A stretch of 11,355 nucleotides of DNA, taken from contig JBHHXN010000164.1 of the NCBI GenBank assembly GCA_046757025.1, positions 1-11,355 on the forward strand. Direction: 5' to 3'. The notes beneath the pieces are model-generated. The model saw nothing but the letters and a program-made list of their open reading frames with translations. It had not been told where the DNA came from and did not search any database. Below, one piece after another: positions 8,280 to 11,355 of the stretch; position 1 is the first letter of the stretch; the number at the start of each line of letters is the position of its first letter. Source of the stretch: a bacterium. GTDB lineage: Bacteria > Zhuqueibacterota > Zhuqueibacteria > Oceanimicrobiales > Oceanimicrobiaceae. The position numbers were made by a program, and so were the translations under genes.

Positions 8280-8304
8280 ATCCCGCAACCGCGGGATCTT
8301 TTTT
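8280..8304 (+). terminator. Intrinsic terminator-like hairpin, oriented antisense to egtD
   Basis: ATCCCGC-AACC-GCGGGAT (7-bp stem) followed by C and T6. Confidence 0.6.
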
Positions 8305-8334
8305 GTTTGGAAGTAATGTGCTGTTTATTAAAAA

Positions 8335-8370
8335 GATTCTGCCAGCCTGTCCCGCAAAGCGGGGAATGAC
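8335..8370. repeat. Degenerate REP-like element of the GATTC...GAATGAC type
   Basis: GATTC...CCCGC-AAA-GCGGG-GAATGAC; same end motifs as the element at 42-96. Confidence 0.55.
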
Positions 8371-8557
8371 AGAAGCGTTGAAATTGGCTTTTTTTACTTC
8401 TCGATTTTTCACACGGTCGTTAAAGGCTGCCCCCCTTTTTCGCAGAAGCCTATAAAAATAAAGGCTTACCTTTTTGACTTTACGAGGATTCAAATCGGAA
8501 TGGCGCGGTTGAGAATCGAAAAGGTGAACCTTGTAGCATAAATATTTTTATGAATTT

Positions 8558-8736
8558 GTGTTTGAATGAAAACGACCCTGTCTTCCCGAAGGCCTCCTGC
8601 CCGAGGGTGAATTCCTGCCTGGCTCGGTGGGGCCTATCCTGAGCTTTGTCGAAGGGCCTGTCCGGAGCTTAGTCGAAGGAACGCCTTCGCGAAGAGGTTC
8701 TTGCATCGCGCATTTCTCGATTTTCCGTTCAAACAC
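8558..8736. repeat. Long imperfect inverted-repeat (rod-like) element: MITE-like or ncRNA
   Basis: GTGTTTGAA (8558-8566)/TTCAAACAC (8728-8736); GAAAA-CGA/TCG-A-TTTTC; TCTTCCCGAAGGCCTCC (from 8581) pairs with GGAACGCCTTCGCGAAGA (from 8678); inner CCGAG/CTCGG stem. Confidence 0.6.
8631..8678. repeat. Tandem 2 x 24-bp repeat of the CTGAGCTT-GTCGAAGG REP-like family
   Basis: GGCCTATCCTGAGCTTTGTCGAAG (8631-8654) and GGCCTGTCCGGAGCTTAGTCGAAG (8655-8678), 21/24 identical. Confidence 0.85.
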
Positions 8737-8738
8737 TA

Positions 8739-8766
8739 ATTATAAAAGAATTATTCATAGATGCAA
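8739..8766 (-). promoter_or_regulatory. Putative sigma70-type promoter facing egtD
   Basis: Minus strand TTGCAT (8766-8761), 16-nt spacer, perfect TATAAT (8744-8739). The AT-rich context makes a chance match possible. Confidence 0.45.
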
Positions 8767-8780
8767 CTTTTTTAGAAAAT

Positions 8781-8806
8781 AATTTGCGATCTCGTACTCG
8801 CAAATT
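8781..8806. promoter_or_regulatory. Operator-like palindrome between the divergent promoters
   Basis: AATTTGCGA-N8-TCGCAAATT, perfect 9-bp arms. Confidence 0.5.
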
Positions 8807-8855
8807 GTAGCATCAAACTGTTATTCATAGGGAATTTATCAAATTAGTCTGTTAC

Positions 8856-8884
8856 TTGACGATACTATCGAAAAACGCTATTCT
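8856..8884 (+). promoter_or_regulatory. Putative sigma70-type promoter for the GMC dehydrogenase genes
   Basis: TTGACG (8856-8861), 17-nt spacer, TATTCT (8879-8884); each box matches consensus at 5/6 and 4/6. Confidence 0.6.
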
Positions 8885-9003
8885 TGAACCGGAAATTCCA
8901 ATTTTAAGAGCCATAAACAAATTCAGCAGATTGAAGAAATATAGCTATATATGATTTGGATAGGGTGTTTATAAAACCATGTAATCCAATCTCGGAAAAA
9001 ATC

Positions 9004-9597
9004 ATGAGCATGAACAGAAGATCGTTTCTAAAATTAGTCGCCACTTTAGGCGCCAGCGCCACCATGGGAGCGCTTATAATCCAAAAATGGCGGGCTCAAA
9101 TAAAATCTTCTTTCAACAAATTCATTTCAAAATCCAATGAACCTCCTGACAGCTTGAACACGGGTACTCTGACCACTCAGATCAGAGAATCGCTGCTGCA
9201 GGTGACGGAAACCCTCGCGGGTGGCCGCGTAGAAAGAAGTCACTACGAAATATACTTTGACTGGCGAGCAGAAAATTTACCCGGCTATAAAAGTCTGTAT
9301 GAGGAATTTGTCCATGAGATCAACAAAATCTCTCAAGCCCAATTTAAGGTCCCGTTCCACCAATGTAATTTAAGCCAGCGCAAAGCCGTATTGCAAAAGT
9401 TTTTCCCAACTGAGGGGATTTTGAAATTTCGAAACTGGTTTTCGAACAAACCATCCAACCCCCTCTACTACCAAAAAGTCCTGACAGAAATATTGAAATT
9501 GTACAGTCGTACCGACGCCTGGACGCTGTTGGGCTATCCGGCCTGGCCCGGAGAAGCTCGAGGGCTGGAGCTTTATACTCAAAAAATAGGAAGTTGA
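9004..9597 (+). CDS. Tat-signal small subunit, gluconate 2-dehydrogenase subunit 3 (gamma)-like, ~197 aa
   Basis: MSMNRRSFLK twin-arginine motif plus hydrophobic stretch; F..(C)NLSQR..VL helix and C-terminal Y....AW.LLGY..WPG; stop lies 1 nt before the GMC ATG. Start at 9004 or 9010. Confidence 0.75.
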   Translation: MSMNRRSFLKLVATLGASATMGALIIQKWRAQIKSSFNKFISKSNEPPDSLNTGTLTTQIRESLLQVTETLAGGRVERSHYEIYFDWRAENLPGYKSLYEEFVHEINKISQAQFKVPFHQCNLSQRKAVLQKFFPTEGILKFRNWFSNKPSNPLYYQKVLTEILKLYSRTDAWTLLGYPAWPGEARGLELYTQKIGS

Positions 9598-9598
9598 A

Positions 9599-11170
9599 AT
9601 GCGCAAAACCACCGTTGCCATCGTCGGTTCGGGAATTATTGGTACCACTCTGGCGCACATTTTATCCCGAAATGGGTTTGCTGTGGAGATTTTCGAAAAA
9701 GGGCCGGTGTATCCCTATCCCCACAGCGAACCGTTTACGGAACGCATTTTTTACCTTTACTCGAATCCACGATATCGGCTACCGAAGGATTTGAAAAACC
9801 ACACCTTGTCCGGCGTCTATCAACACGACCTCGAAAAAGAACGTGGTATGGTAGTTGGAGGCAGCGGCACTTACTGGACTGGGCTCACTATACGAATGCA
9901 CCCCAATGATTTTAAAACCCGCAGCCTGTACGGCTATGGACAAGACTGGCCCTTCACTTACGAAGACCTTGAACCGTACTACGGCTTGGCGGAAAGATTC
10001 ATGGGGGTCTCCGGTACCGATGCCGACAATCCGTTCGCCCCACCGCGTTCGCAGCCGTATCCTCTGCCAGAATTTAAGTTGAGCTACGATGACACTCTGC
10101 TTGCGGAGAGATTGAGAAAGAACAACATCACGCTGCACACCACTCCACAGGCCACCGCGCGTCACCCTTACGATGGCCGCGACGGCTGCGAAAATTTCGG
10201 CACTTGCAGCGTTTGTCCCATCGGGGCGCGCTACTCGCCAAACCATCACCTGGAGCGATTAATCAACGAAGGGCTTTGCAAATTGCATACGAATGTTTCC
10301 GTCCGCAGAGTGGTGCTGGACCCGGCTGGCCAGGCTAAAGCGCTGGTGTATCAGCCAAACGAAGGCGGGGGTGAGAAGGAGCATCCCGCGGATATCATCA
10401 TCGTGGCAGCCGCAGCAATAGAATCTTCTCGTCTGCTGCTGCTTTCCAAAAGTAGCCAGCACCCGGATGGACTGGGAAACGCCGGCGGACAAGTCGGTCG
10501 GCACATCACCTTTCACCATCTGTGGAACGGACTGCTGCGCTACAAAGAAAAACTTTTCCCTGGCAGAATCGGGCCGATGACGGGGCAGAGTCAGCAATTC
10601 CTGGATCCGCCCGCCCGCGGCCAGCACGGCGGCATCAAAGTGGAATTTGCCTCCGCACCCGGCTTCAGAAAAATAATCAAAAAATGGGGAGACGAGCAAA
10701 AAATTTACAAGGACTTGCAGCCCCGGCTTTATTCCCGCGGCATCGTCCTGCATTCCGAATCGGCGCCCTCTGCAAAAAAATATATTTCGCTATCAGAAAA
10801 GAAAGACCGCTTCGGCGATCCTTTTGCTCATGTCCACTATGAATGCAGTGAATTTGACCACGAAACTTACCGCTTTGCCCGCGAACTTTTCGACCGATTT
10901 GCGACAGCCACTCAGGGAGAAAAAATCCATCTGGATGCACTAGAAGCTTTCGATTCGGGAGCGCACCATTTGGGCGGCTGTCGCATGGGACTCAATGCTC
11001 GTGACAGCGTGGTGGATCAGTACGGCAAACTGCACAGTTGTGCTAATTTATTTCTGGCGGGCGGAAGCCTTTTTCCCGGCACTTCGGGCGCCGTGAACCC
11101 GACTTTGACTATGGCCGCGCTGGCTTTTAGAGCCGGCGATTATATCGTTGATCAGTTTAAAAACAAGTAA
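9599..11170 (+). CDS. GMC family FAD-dependent oxidoreductase (sugar/sugar-acid dehydrogenase large-subunit type), 523 aa
   Basis: Rossmann IVGSGIIG...FEKG, VGGSG..W, DWP..YEDLEPYY..AE...GVSG, Cys cluster CENFGTCSVCPIGA, AIES.RLLL.S, catalytic HHLGGCRMG and NPTLT; no signal peptide of its own. Confidence 0.93.
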   Translation: MRKTTVAIVGSGIIGTTLAHILSRNGFAVEIFEKGPVYPYPHSEPFTERIFYLYSNPRYRLPKDLKNHTLSGVYQHDLEKERGMVVGGSGTYWTGLTIRMHPNDFKTRSLYGYGQDWPFTYEDLEPYYGLAERFMGVSGTDADNPFAPPRSQPYPLPEFKLSYDDTLLAERLRKNNITLHTTPQATARHPYDGRDGCENFGTCSVCPIGARYSPNHHLERLINEGLCKLHTNVSVRRVVLDPAGQAKALVYQPNEGGGEKEHPADIIIVAAAAIESSRLLLLSKSSQHPDGLGNAGGQVGRHITFHHLWNGLLRYKEKLFPGRIGPMTGQSQQFLDPPARGQHGGIKVEFASAPGFRKIIKKWGDEQKIYKDLQPRLYSRGIVLHSESAPSAKKYISLSEKKDRFGDPFAHVHYECSEFDHETYRFARELFDRFATATQGEKIHLDALEAFDSGAHHLGGCRMGLNARDSVVDQYGKLHSCANLFLAGGSLFPGTSGAVNPTLTMAALAFRAGDYIVDQFKNK

Positions 11171-11247
11171 TGTCTGCTATGCTCGTCTGGAACCCTTCAT
11201 TTCTTTCCTGACTAAGTAGTGATTGAACGAAAACTATTAATAAAGTT

Positions 11248-11346
11248 GTCATTACGAGCTTTTGATGATCTTTGGTCATTTTTCCATAACAGAACAGGTG
11301 ACCTGTCCATGAAAGTCCCGCGGTGTGTGCGGGACGAAGCAATCTC
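11248..11346. repeat. REP-like element of the GTCATTGCGAG...GAAGCAATCT type with internal hairpins
   Basis: GTCATTACGAG at 11248-11258; ACAGGT-G-ACCTGT (11294-11306); GTCCCGC-N7-GCGGGAC (11315-11335) immediately followed by GAAGCAATCTC. Confidence 0.55.
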
Positions 11347-11355
11347 ATACCGTGC

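Larger units (their letters stand above)
8183..8452. mobile_element. Non-autonomous MITE-like element (270 bp) with terminal inverted repeats
   Basis: TAGGCTTCTGC (8183-8193) and GCAGAAGCCTA (8442-8452) are perfect inverted repeats, extendable inward by AAAA/TTTT; flanked by TAAAAATGA (8174-8182) and TAAAAATAA (8453-8461), an 8/9 direct repeat; no transposase ORF inside. Confidence 0.65.

Noticed and set aside
8252..8493. Short ORFs 8252-8455 (+) and 8275-8493 (-)
   Set aside because: They overlap repeat and hairpin DNA, lack RBS and have no motifs.
8631..8678. Possible CRISPR array
   Set aside because: Only two directly abutting units, no spacers and no cas genes.
8398..8724. 11-bp direct repeat TTCTCGATTTT at 8398 and 8714
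   Set aside because: Short, T-rich and not at the boundary of any element; could be chance.
8548..8736. 62-aa minus ORF with PSTKLRTG/PSTKLRIG repeat
   Set aside because: The peptide repeat is a translation of the 24-bp DNA repeat; no RBS or protein-like features.
9599..11170. Choline dehydrogenase BetA, suggested by the nearby betaine-type transporter
   Set aside because: The Cys cluster, Tat small-subunit partner and overall motif pattern fit sugar-dehydrogenase-type GMC enzymes, not BetA.
11157..11348. 63-aa minus ORF
   Set aside because: It begins inside a REP-like element and overlaps the GMC stop; no supporting motifs.

Overview
Bacterial chromosomal window with ten supportable CDSs. 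Left to right: a NUDIX + metallo-beta-lactamase fusion (-) and a secreted DUF4412-like protein (+). Next is a co-oriented minus-strand run of six genes, in transcription order: egtD histidine trimethyltransferase, OpuBA/ProV-type ABC ATPase, betaine-class substrate-binding/permease fusion, monoheme cytochrome c lipoprotein, SCO1/SenC, and PCu(A)C. Divergent from egtD is a two-gene GMC flavo-dehydrogenase unit (+): a Tat-signal small subunit and an FAD/Fe-S large subunit. The ~850 bp between egtD and the GMC unit holds a 270-bp MITE-like element with TIRs and a probable 9-bp target duplication, a second long inverted-repeat element with a nested 24-bp tandem repeat, divergent sigma70-like promoters and operator-like palindromes. 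REP-like palindromes occur at both window ends. The most interesting observation is an egtD with no sulfur-transfer gene in the window, linked to a betaine/ergothioneine-type transporter and a copper-delivery module. All functional calls come from motif recognition only; no searches were run.
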